Part shown: one piece after another, positions 17,499-25,451 of the stretch
How the letters are laid out: each line of letters opens with the position of its first letter
How positions within the stretch are numbered: position 1 is the stretch's first letter
Source of the DNA: an uncultured Cryomorphaceae bacterium
GTDB taxonomy: Bacteria > Bacteroidota > Bacteroidia > Flavobacteriales > Schleiferiaceae
DNA length: 62,352 nucleotides
NCBI GenBank assembly: GCA_913060465.1
Contig: CAJXTR010000001.1
Coordinates: 1-62,352 of the forward strand
Reading direction: 5' to 3'
Position numbers and translations under genes: made by a program
Notes under the pieces: model-generated
Told to the model about the DNA's origin: nothing
The model's database searches: none
What the model saw: the letters and a program-made list of their open reading frames with translations, nothing else

Positions 17499-18920
17499 TT
17501 ATTCCGTCTCAGCGGCAGTATATCCAAAAAGTTGCTTTTCCTTAATTACGTTGTCGACGTATTTGGGTAGACATTCTTGCCATCCATCTTCACCACAGCG
17601 TATTTTACGAAGCACCTCGCGTGAGAATATATTGGTAATGCTCTCGTCGTATTCTTCGATGTCCAAGATTCTGTTGTGGAAAATGAGGTAATCAATAATT
17701 GGACGGAAGCGCGGATGCACTTCAGCATCCTCTTTTCGAGTAACCTTAGATGTGGCATTTTCTTGGAAGGGGTATACAAGGATTTTAAGATCCTTAGAAA
17801 AGATTCGACCGAAGGCTTCGAGAATACCCCCTTGGAGACCACGGTAGTATTTTTCGTTGAACAATTCAGAAAGGTTGTTTACCCCCATGACGAGTCCTTG
17901 ACGCTTTTTAGAGAATCGACCGAAATAATCTACAAGCTTGTAGTATTCCTGGTAGTTAGAGATCAGTACAGTTTGGCCGAGGCTACATAATATCTCAGCT
18001 CGATCTAAGAAATCTTGCTCATCTAACTCACCGTCTGCAAGGAGGTTGTTCAAGGTAATCTCCCAAAGAACCACGGTTTTATCCGGGTTTACCTTCTTGT
18101 CATTAGCAAAAACCTCGTAACCTCGCTTAATCATGTCCATGTTCACGCGTGTCACCGGTCTGAATGAACCGCGCATGGCCAGAATGTGTTTTTTGTAAAG
18201 TAATTCAGCTGGCAAAAGGTTATTTCCTTCAGGGCCAAAAATCACTGCATCGGTATAGCCATTTTTGATCAATTGCAATGACATCAATCTGTTGTCGACC
18301 GTCTCAAAATCAGGGCCTGAGAAATTGATCAAATCAATCTCAATAGCAGCATGGTCGATATTGTCGTAGAGGCTTTTTAGAAGTTCTTTACAGTCCGTAT
18401 AGAGGTTATAGGCTCCATGAATCAAGTTCGTACCCAATCTACCCACCGTTTCTTGCTGGTGTTTTGCCTCATTCTCATGAAGTCTGAAATGCAAGAAAAT
18501 ATCATTGGTCGCTTTATCAGGAGCCGTTTGAAAACGAATACCCATCCAACCGTGACCTTTGAAAGTCTTCGCGAAGTTGATAGTCGCCACAGTGTTGGCG
18601 TAAGCAAAGTATTTTTTCTCAGGGTGGAGGGCGCGATCTAGTCGCTTTTCTATCAAACTGTATTCATGCTTGAGCATCTTTCGAACACGACTCTCAGTAA
18701 CATAACGTCGATCTTCCTCGATTCCGTAGATATCATCTGAAAACGCTTTATCGTAGGCACTCATTGCCTTTGCGATGGTTCCAGAGGCTGCACCTGCTCT
18801 AAAAAATTCACGAACAGTTTCCTGCCCAGCACCAATTTCCGCAAACGTACCGTAGATATCGGGGTTTAGGTTAATTTTAAGTGCCTTTTGAGCGGTAGTA
18901 AGAATGACGCGGTCCTTCAT
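17499..18920 (-). CDS. conserved hypothetical cytoplasmic protein (family not recognised)
   Basis: Long uninterrupted 473-aa ORF with no signal peptide or TM segment. It has its own -7 box and appears monocistronic. N-terminal FAEIGAGQE motif. Confidence 0.6.
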   Translation of the reverse strand: MKDRVILTTAQKALKINLNPDIYGTFAEIGAGQETVREFFRAGAASGTIAKAMSAYDKAFSDDIYGIEEDRRYVTESRVRKMLKHEYSLIEKRLDRALHPEKKYFAYANTVATINFAKTFKGHGWMGIRFQTAPDKATNDIFLHFRLHENEAKHQQETVGRLGTNLIHGAYNLYTDCKELLKSLYDNIDHAAIEIDLINFSGPDFETVDNRLMSLQLIKNGYTDAVIFGPEGNNLLPAELLYKKHILAMRGSFRPVTRVNMDMIKRGYEVFANDKKVNPDKTVVLWEITLNNLLADGELDEQDFLDRAEILCSLGQTVLISNYQEYYKLVDYFGRFSKKRQGLVMGVNNLSELFNEKYYRGLQGGILEAFGRIFSKDLKILVYPFQENATSKVTRKEDAEVHPRFRPIIDYLIFHNRILDIEEYDESITNIFSREVLRKIRCGEDGWQECLPKYVDNVIKEKQLFGYTAAETE

Positions 18921-18947
18921 ACTTTGTTTGATAGGTGGTTATAGTAG

Positions 18948-18955
18948 CAAAAGTA
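18948..18955 (-). promoter_or_regulatory. -7 box (TACTTTTG on the minus strand) for the 17499..18920 gene
   Basis: Plus strand caaaagta, 28 nt upstream of the start codon at 18920. Confidence 0.4.
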
Positions 18956-19025
18956 AGGCTTCCAAAGGTTTATCCGTAGAAGATTACTGCTTAATTCCGT
19001 ACAATAAATGGGCCAATTTGGTGAA

Positions 19026-19793
19026 ATGATATTTATGGGCACTGGCACCTCACAGGGTGTTCCTGTCATTGGATGTAGTTGTGATGTATGTACGAGTAAG
19101 GACCCAAAAGATCAAAGAACTAGGTCTTCCGTGCATTTTTCCTTTGAACAAGCTAGTATTCAGATTGATACAGGTCCCGATTTTCGTAATCAGATGTTGC
19201 GAGAGAAATTGGCCGATGTAGATGCCGTCTTCTTTACCCATGAGCATCAAGATCACATTGCGGGGCTCGACGATGTTCGACCTATGATATTTCGCACTAA
19301 AAAACCCATGCCTTTATATGGTCAAGAGCGAGTCATTAATAGGATAAAAAAGGCGTTTCATTATGCGTTTGAAGAAAACCCTTATCCCGGGGCTCCAAAG
19401 CTTGACACCACCGCCATTGACGATGTTTCTTTCGTGGATATCAATGGATTACACGTTGTTCCTATCCCTATTTTTCATGGGAAGCTCCCCATTTTGGGCT
19501 ATAGGATAGGGGATACGGCGTATATCACGGATGTAAAATCAGTTCCAGATTCGTCCTTGAAGTTACTTCACGGACTTAAAACATTGGTTTTTGATGCGTT
19601 ACACGATTATCCGCATCAAAGTCATTGTACGCTAGATGAGGCTATAGAATGGGCTAAGATTATAGATGCGAAGGAGACCTATTTCATTCACTTAAGTCAT
19701 CATATGGGAACACATGCAGCAACGGAGCAAAGGTTGCCCGAAGGAATGTTCGTCGCCCACGACGGACTTCGACTGAAGGTGAGTTTAGATTAA
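19026..19793 (+). CDS. MBL-fold metallo-hydrolase (PhnP/YycJ-like)
   Basis: ORF 19008..19793; the ATG at 19026 gives MIFMGTGTSQGVP. H-x-H-x-D-H motif THEHQDH; cysteine cluster GCSCDVC near the N-terminus. Confidence 0.8.
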   Translation: MIFMGTGTSQGVPVIGCSCDVCTSKDPKDQRTRSSVHFSFEQASIQIDTGPDFRNQMLREKLADVDAVFFTHEHQDHIAGLDDVRPMIFRTKKPMPLYGQERVINRIKKAFHYAFEENPYPGAPKLDTTAIDDVSFVDINGLHVVPIPIFHGKLPILGYRIGDTAYITDVKSVPDSSLKLLHGLKTLVFDALHDYPHQSHCTLDEAIEWAKIIDAKETYFIHLSHHMGTHAATEQRLPEGMFVAHDGLRLKVSLD

Positions 19794-21052
19794 AGAGCGA
19801 GTAGACTGCCTTTCGCAAAAACTGCTTTCACATTGTGTTGGGTTGAAGAACCTCGGAAAGGATTGTTGAAGGCTTTACTTGCAAACCCTGTCCAATCCTG
19901 ACCTTCTTTACCTATGATGGTAAACTCAGCCTCCATGCCTTCTACAATACTTAAAACGGGTAGCCCTAAAAGTGCTCTTGGATTTGTTGATAGTAACTCT
20001 TGAATGCGCTCCGGTGAAATTTTCACTTGATCAAGTAGCTGACAAACAGCACCTTCAAATCCAGCCATCCCAAATTCCGCGTTATCGAATTCGCATTGCT
20101 TTTGCTCGATATCTTTAGGCAGATGATCAACCGCTAAACAATCCACAGTACCATCCAAAACGGCATCTAAGAGTGCTTGCTGATCTTCTTTATTGCGTAG
20201 AGGTGGACTAACCTTTAATGCTGTATCGTAGTTTACTAAAGCCTCCTCAGTGAAGAGTAAGTGATGAATGTTTACACTACAAGTAACGTTGAGGCCTTTT
20301 TGCTTGGCCTCACGAATGGCATCGATACCTTTAGCGGTGCTTACACTAGCAATATGTAAAGCTCCTTCGGTATACTCGAGAATATTCAAATCACGTTGTA
20401 TGCGCGCGTATTCAGAAAGGGAAGGTATGCCCTTTAATCCAACGTAGGTGCTTGTTATTCCCTCGTTCATTTTACCACCAGCAGCGAGATCGTGATCTTC
20501 CGGATGAACCATGATACGACCGAACGGCTTGCTGTAGAGTAGTGCCAATTTCAGCAAATTCGCATTTGCTAAGCCGTGCTTGTAATCTCCAAAGAGTTCA
20601 CTTCCATGCTCGTACATATCAAACATTTCGCTGAGTTCCTCACCCTTGCGCTCTTTGGTTGCAGTACCTACTGGAACTAGATGGATAGGGCTCTGGTCAC
20701 TCTTGTTTGAAATGAATTCAATTCCGGTTTTATTGTCTGAAAATGGCGCTCCATTACTTACTACACCTACTGCCGTGAAGCCCCCAGCCGCCGCTGCAGC
20801 GGCACCTGAACGAAGGGTTTCGGAATCTTCATTACCAGGCTCTCCTAAATCGCTATGTAACTCAGCAAACCCCGGATAAAGGTCAGCGCCAGCGGCATCC
20901 CAAGTATTTCCTTCGAAAGAAGTTATACTGCCTATTTGAATAATGGAATCTCCTTCAACTAATACATCAACAGTTTGATCGTGGTAAGGACTGTTGGTGT
21001 CAACGATGTGCGCGTTCTTAATCAGGAGCTGCATCTCAGAAAATTTTGACAA
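19790..21052 (-). CDS. dihydroorotase-like amidohydrolase with non-canonical metal-ligand motifs
   Basis: Class-I DHOase-like over its full length (PGFAELHSDLGEPG...AAAGGFTAV...VHPEDHDL...LHIASVST...VDHLPK). The HxH, second-His and DHAPH positions read LHSD, HIA and DHLPK. Confidence 0.7.
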   Translation of the reverse strand: MSKFSEMQLLIKNAHIVDTNSPYHDQTVDVLVEGDSIIQIGSITSFEGNTWDAAGADLYPGFAELHSDLGEPGNEDSETLRSGAAAAAAGGFTAVGVVSNGAPFSDNKTGIEFISNKSDQSPIHLVPVGTATKERKGEELSEMFDMYEHGSELFGDYKHGLANANLLKLALLYSKPFGRIMVHPEDHDLAAGGKMNEGITSTYVGLKGIPSLSEYARIQRDLNILEYTEGALHIASVSTAKGIDAIREAKQKGLNVTCSVNIHHLLFTEEALVNYDTALKVSPPLRNKEDQQALLDAVLDGTVDCLAVDHLPKDIEQKQCEFDNAEFGMAGFEGAVCQLLDQVKISPERIQELLSTNPRALLGLPVLSIVEGMEAEFTIIGKEGQDWTGFASKAFNNPFRGSSTQHNVKAVFAKGSLLAL

Positions 21053-22499
21053 AAATAACGGCTATTAGTGCGAAAAGCAATGCAAAGAGCAAGGCAATTT
21101 TGGAATAGTCCCTTTGAAGGCCCGAGAATACTCGATTTTCGATGGATTTATTTTCCATACTTCCCAAGGCTAACTTCTCTTCCAGTCGGGTAATATTTTC
21201 AGTATAAGCGTCTTCACCTAAAAATGGTCCCTGTTCCAAATCGAAGGAATTATTCCTGTAAGACCATTGCTTAAGTGCGGTGTAGTAGGGGTGGAACTCA
21301 TTCTTAATCTCAAATCCTTGCCAATAAACACGTTGTGAATTGGATATTTGAAGACCAGCCAAAACTCCTTGGTCACTTACCAACAATGGCTCTAAACTCT
21401 CCTCAAGAATCTTTGCTGATTCAGGTTGTGGCCAATTATTCCTGTTCGAAGCACCAATAAAGTACGTTGCGTAAAATGGATGGTTCAGGTTGGGTCTTGG
21501 TTGGGTAATTCGCTCAGAATCAACCGCCATACCAGGAAATACCAAAACAGTCTGTGCTTGGGAGAAGAGGGAGGTCGGAACAAAATCAAAGCCATAAAGT
21601 ATTGCTACTATTGATGGCTCTGTGATTACGTTGACTGATTCTGTGTACAACGAAATAGTATCTACATTGAACACCTTGGATAATCGAATTGCTTGAGGCC
21701 GTTGATCTTCCGTGCGATAAAAAAGAAAGCGTTTTACTCCACCGCGACGAACGATACTGATAGAGTTGTCCTCATTTAAGGAGTCGGCGTTGTGAACCAC
21801 CGTGTATTCTTGATCTTTTTTGAGCAACTCTAATTGGACCGAGATCTCAGAAATAGAATCCCATTCAAGCACTAATTGTCTTTCTGCGAACATACGCCAC
21901 GTACCCGCTGCGCCCTCAGTGCGAAACAGCAAGGCGTCTTTATTATACTCGTAGGAAACTTGGGTATTTAGAATTTCTCGACGTTCGGGCAATAAGTACC
22001 TTTCAAACGTCGAATCAAGTTGCGAGAAACCAAAAGAGAGCAGCGTGCCAGGCACTTGTGGCAAAGGCTCGAGGCTCGAAGGCCACTGGGCCAACACATC
22101 CGCAACCGCATCTTTCTGAATTCCATTTAGTTCAGTACCACCGCGGAGGTGCAAATCCATCGTTCCTTCTGGCAAAAGATCGATAAGGTTCGAGAGCCAC
22201 TGCTGTTTAGATTCCCAACCTGCCGGATGATTATCAACAATGATGGTGGTTGACGGAGATGAAAACCTCGGTTTGGCCAATGCCATGACAATAGCTAAAA
22301 TGGTAAAAACCCGCATCAAAAGAACAACAAGGTCTCGTAGTTTATGCCGCTTGCGTTGTTTAGCTTGAAAAGTATTAAGCCACATCAATGAAGGTATGAC
22401 TATGGGCTTGGCTGGTCTTCGTCCAATCATGTGGATGATGATCGGAATTAAAGCAGCCAAGCTGGCCCATAACCATTGTGAATGCTCAAACCCTATCAT
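21036..22499 (-). CDS. BatA_N (N-terminal double-transmembrane) domain membrane protein
   Basis: N-terminal WLWASLAALIPIIIHMIGRR plus a second TM (VVLLMRVFTILAIVMALA), a large extracytoplasmic region and a C-terminal TM anchor. A 17-nt overlap with the downstream gene. Confidence 0.65.
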   Translation of the reverse strand: MIGFEHSQWLWASLAALIPIIIHMIGRRPAKPIVIPSLMWLNTFQAKQRKRHKLRDLVVLLMRVFTILAIVMALAKPRFSSPSTTIIVDNHPAGWESKQQWLSNLIDLLPEGTMDLHLRGGTELNGIQKDAVADVLAQWPSSLEPLPQVPGTLLSFGFSQLDSTFERYLLPERREILNTQVSYEYNKDALLFRTEGAAGTWRMFAERQLVLEWDSISEISVQLELLKKDQEYTVVHNADSLNEDNSISIVRRGGVKRFLFYRTEDQRPQAIRLSKVFNVDTISLYTESVNVITEPSIVAILYGFDFVPTSLFSQAQTVLVFPGMAVDSERITQPRPNLNHPFYATYFIGASNRNNWPQPESAKILEESLEPLLVSDQGVLAGLQISNSQRVYWQGFEIKNEFHPYYTALKQWSYRNNSFDLEQGPFLGEDAYTENITRLEEKLALGSMENKSIENRVFSGLQRDYSKIALLFALLFALIAVIFVKIF

Positions 22500-22924
22500 T
22501 TTAATCTGGCATGCTCAAGGGTTATAGGAAGGTTTTCGGGCGTTGAATTCAACTTGATTTGACCGATAACGGTGATTACATCGTCTGTTAACAGTTCTTG
22601 TGGTGAATCAAATTGGATTTCCATTACACTCTCTGGTCCAGCGGCACCGCAGAAAAAACAGGAGGAAAAGGGGAAAGCACTGAGCGCGTATACGTGATCC
22701 ACAGGATCTAATACGATGGCATAGCCGGTGACTACAACTGAGGTTCCGCCCCAATCTTGACGTTGTTGGGAAGTCCATTTTGGTACTTGGACCCAAGTTG
22801 CCGTGGGTTCATCGTAAACCTCTTCGAAGCTTATACCTTCTAGTGCACTCCAATACAGGCGCTCTTGCGCCGCAACGTTTAAAGTACAGATGGTTAAAGC
22901 TACGAGCAACACTAGTTTTTTCAT
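22496..22924 (-). CDS. secreted small protein, DUF3299-like, CxxC motif (paralog A)
   Basis: Signal peptide MKKLVLLVALTICTLNVAAQ. Conserved block VTGYAIVLDP...YALSAFPFSSCFFCGAAGPESVMEI shared with the upstream paralog. Confidence 0.6.
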   Translation of the reverse strand: MKKLVLLVALTICTLNVAAQERLYWSALEGISFEEVYDEPTATWVQVPKWTSQQRQDWGGTSVVVTGYAIVLDPVDHVYALSAFPFSSCFFCGAAGPESVMEIQFDSPQELLTDDVITVIGQIKLNSTPENLPITLEHARLK

Positions 22925-23343
22925 TATCCGTGGAATTCAGCTTGTTGAATGATGAAGAACAATCGATAGGGATCTTTCTCATTAAAGACTAAGATGCCTT
23001 TAACCACGACGAATTGGTCTGTAATTAAATTATCCGGTTGATCCTTAAAGACCAATTCTACCACCGTGTTCGGTGGCGCATTTCCACAAAAGAAACAGCT
23101 CGAAAATGCATATCTACTCAATGCGTATTGCTTCGTTTGTACATCCACAGGAACGAGATATCCTTGAAGAATTACTTCTTGGTTTTTAAAACCATCAAGC
23201 CAAGAAGGAAACTGTGGCGAATACAGACCATCTGGTGATGTGGAGTAGGGAACTGCTAACAAATCCCATGAGACGACTTGTTGCGCTTGCAAGGTCCCCG
23301 TAAACCCAAGAGTGATAAGGGCAAGTACATAAAGTCTTTTCAT
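22924..23343 (-). CDS. secreted small protein, DUF3299-like, CxxC motif (paralog B)
   Basis: ORF 22924..23397; the ATG at 23343 gives MKRLYVLALITLGFTGTLQAQ (signal peptide). LQGYLVPVD...YALSRYAFSSCFFCGNAPPNTVVEL. Confidence 0.6.
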   Translation of the reverse strand: MKRLYVLALITLGFTGTLQAQQVVSWDLLAVPYSTSPDGLYSPQFPSWLDGFKNQEVILQGYLVPVDVQTKQYALSRYAFSSCFFCGNAPPNTVVELVFKDQPDNLITDQFVVVKGILVFNEKDPYRLFFIIQQAEFHG

Positions 23344-23345
23344 AA

Positions 23346-24416
23346 TTACTTCCGGATTTGCATTAGGAATAGTGATAGCAGCCAAAGGAATACACAACCC
23401 ACGTAATCGAGATAATTCACAGTGCCTTCGAAGTTAGTTTGAATCAATCTGACAGATAGTAAAAGACCCGCTAAACCAAAAAGACTGTAAAGACCTGATG
23501 AAGCGAATACAACGGAAACCCGTGACCATTTGAGGTTCGTTAAATAATGCTTTGTAGCACGTTCGTTTCCACCTATATTCCAGAGCATTGCCAAGAAAAG
23601 TAGCGCCATGACAACACTCAATACAGTTCCTAATTTTCTGCCTGATACTAACGTCGGCTCCCATTGTTTTTGGATTTGACCGAAAACAAATACTGGAAAT
23701 GCCCCTTGCTCATCCGCACGTTTAGAAAGAGTCCCGGGGAGCATCAGCATGGCCGACTTTGACTTCAATTTCAATAATAGCGAGGTGTAGGTACGTTCTG
23801 TTTGATGATGCAGGTTGAGGTAGGCTTCGTTAGTGGTGAAAAAACAATCTTGATCTGCTTTGCGATTCGCGGCTAACAGACCGACCACCTTGAAGGGGTG
23901 CGCATGCCCTTCACCGCGCGAATCGCTACCATGAGAGGATTGCACTTCATCTCCCAACTTAATTTGAAGTTTCTGTGCTAGGGAGGCCGAAACTACAATT
24001 TCATGTGGGTTATCCGGTAAAGCGCCCTCAATCAAATCAATACCGAACCAATCATAGTAGTTGTCCTCAACACCAACCAAGGGAAAACCGTTGATATTGT
24101 CGCCCATTGATAACGCGCAAGACTGCTGAACAAGTGGATGTTTGGTCCAAAAATCATAAGATTCTCCGCTGATGTTGCCCGTAGGGTTTTCCAAACGGTA
24201 GAGTGCGTTTGCGATGATTTGTATAGGGCTTCCTTTGTAGCCAATGATTACATCGACCAATTCTGCACTTTCCTGCCAAGTCGAATACAAATACTGCTCA
24301 CCGGCCTTTGCAGCTTTTATAAGCAAACCTGTGGTAAATGCCAGTACAAACACTACAAGCAGCAACATCCATCTGCGTCTGAGCTGTAACCACCATATGT
24401 AGAACACCTTTGTCAT
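23346..24416 (-). CDS. ABC transporter permease, MacB/FtsX type (1 TM, periplasmic domain, 3 TM)
   Basis: N-terminal TM, a periplasmic domain of about 200 aa containing the His-rich stretch SSHGSDSRGEGHAHPF, and three C-terminal TM helices. A 4-nt start/stop overlap with the ATPase gene. Confidence 0.75.
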   Translation of the reverse strand: MTKVFYIWWLQLRRRWMLLLVVFVLAFTTGLLIKAAKAGEQYLYSTWQESAELVDVIIGYKGSPIQIIANALYRLENPTGNISGESYDFWTKHPLVQQSCALSMGDNINGFPLVGVEDNYYDWFGIDLIEGALPDNPHEIVVSASLAQKLQIKLGDEVQSSHGSDSRGEGHAHPFKVVGLLAANRKADQDCFFTTNEAYLNLHHQTERTYTSLLLKLKSKSAMLMLPGTLSKRADEQGAFPVFVFGQIQKQWEPTLVSGRKLGTVLSVVMALLFLAMLWNIGGNERATKHYLTNLKWSRVSVVFASSGLYSLFGLAGLLLSVRLIQTNFEGTVNYLDYVGCVFLWLLSLFLMQIRK

Positions 24417-24940
24417 AAATGCAGCTGTTTAGCGGTAGCAAAAGTTTTCTTTAAGCGCTCATCATGCGTCACTACTACGACTGATCCCTTTGGCTTACTC
24501 GCTACCCAAGCAGAAATTAATGTCATGGCCGCTTCGGCCCAATCATCGTCTAAAGCACTCGTGGGCTCATCTAACAATAACACATCCGTATTTGCATGCA
24601 GTGCAGCTAAAAGTGAGAACCGTTGGAGCTGCCCTATACTTAGTTGGTGGGGGTATCGATGGAGCAATTGGTCCAATCCGAGACTCGAAAAATCCACATC
24701 CTTAGCCCGAGCAACCTTCAACTGTTCGCTCATTTTTAAATACGGGATCCAGGTAGGCGTTTGAGGCATCAACGCCGTTTTCAAGACATTTTGCTCGAAC
24801 CCTTCGGCTTTTAGTTCGCCGTGTAACAATCGTAATAAAGTCGTCTTTCCAGTACCTGAAGCACCTGTAACGACCATAATACCTGCGGACAACTCAATTC
24901 GAGGATAAGTGATTGTATGTGTACCTAGTTTGACGATCAT
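24413..24940 (-). CDS. compact ABC transporter ATP-binding protein (about 175 aa)
   Basis: ORF 24413..24982; the ATG at 24940 (MIVKLG) lies just after the DUF456 stop. Walker A GASGTGKTT, Q-loop MPQTP, signature LSIGQLQR, Walker B LLLDEPTSALD, H-loop VVVTHD. Confidence 0.85.
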   Translation of the reverse strand: MIVKLGTHTITYPRIELSAGIMVVTGASGTGKTTLLRLLHGELKAEGFEQNVLKTALMPQTPTWIPYLKMSEQLKVARAKDVDFSSLGLDQLLHRYPHQLSIGQLQRFSLLAALHANTDVLLLDEPTSALDDDWAEAAMTLISAWVASKPKGSVVVVTHDERLKKTFATAKQLHL

Positions 24941-25392
24941 CCCACTAACGCATATGAATAGAGGAGTGGGGCAGCGATACAATAGGCCAATTTCATTACC
25001 ATTCCCGTAAATAAACCCATCACTGCAAAAACTGCAGCCTTCAAGCTTTTGAATACATTCCCAGTATGCAACATTTCACCAACGAGTGCACCTACAAATG
25101 CGGAGAGTATGAAAAATGGTGTTACCAGCCCTATAACTAAACCGATGAGTGCGCCTCGGGAGGCCGCCTTAGAACCACCGCCCATTTTCGTGAAAAGCGA
25201 GGGCAGAAGATAATCGGCAACAAACACCACGACTCCGATAATTGCCCAAAGCCAAAGGTTCATGCCTTCAAACGACTCGAAATAATATTGTGATAACACC
25301 AAGGCAGCTGCGGTTAAGAGTGGTCCAGGAAGCACCGGCAACACTGCGCCCACAATCCCTGCGACAAACAATAAAACAATTGCAACTTCCAT
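24937..25392 (-). CDS. DUF456-like small integral membrane protein
   Basis: 151 aa with four hydrophobic spans and a Gly-rich loop (FTKMGGGSKAASRGA). First gene of the minus-strand operon. Confidence 0.55.
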   Translation of the reverse strand: MEVAIVLLFVAGIVGAVLPVLPGPLLTAAALVLSQYYFESFEGMNLWLWAIIGVVVFVADYLLPSLFTKMGGGSKAASRGALIGLVIGLVTPFFILSAFVGALVGEMLHTGNVFKSLKAAVFAVMGLFTGMVMKLAYCIAAPLLYSYALVG

Positions 25393-25451
25393 GAGGTTAA
25401 ATATACAATCATGCCCGCTGTCAAACCGTATTATTCCAATAGTTTTACCTC

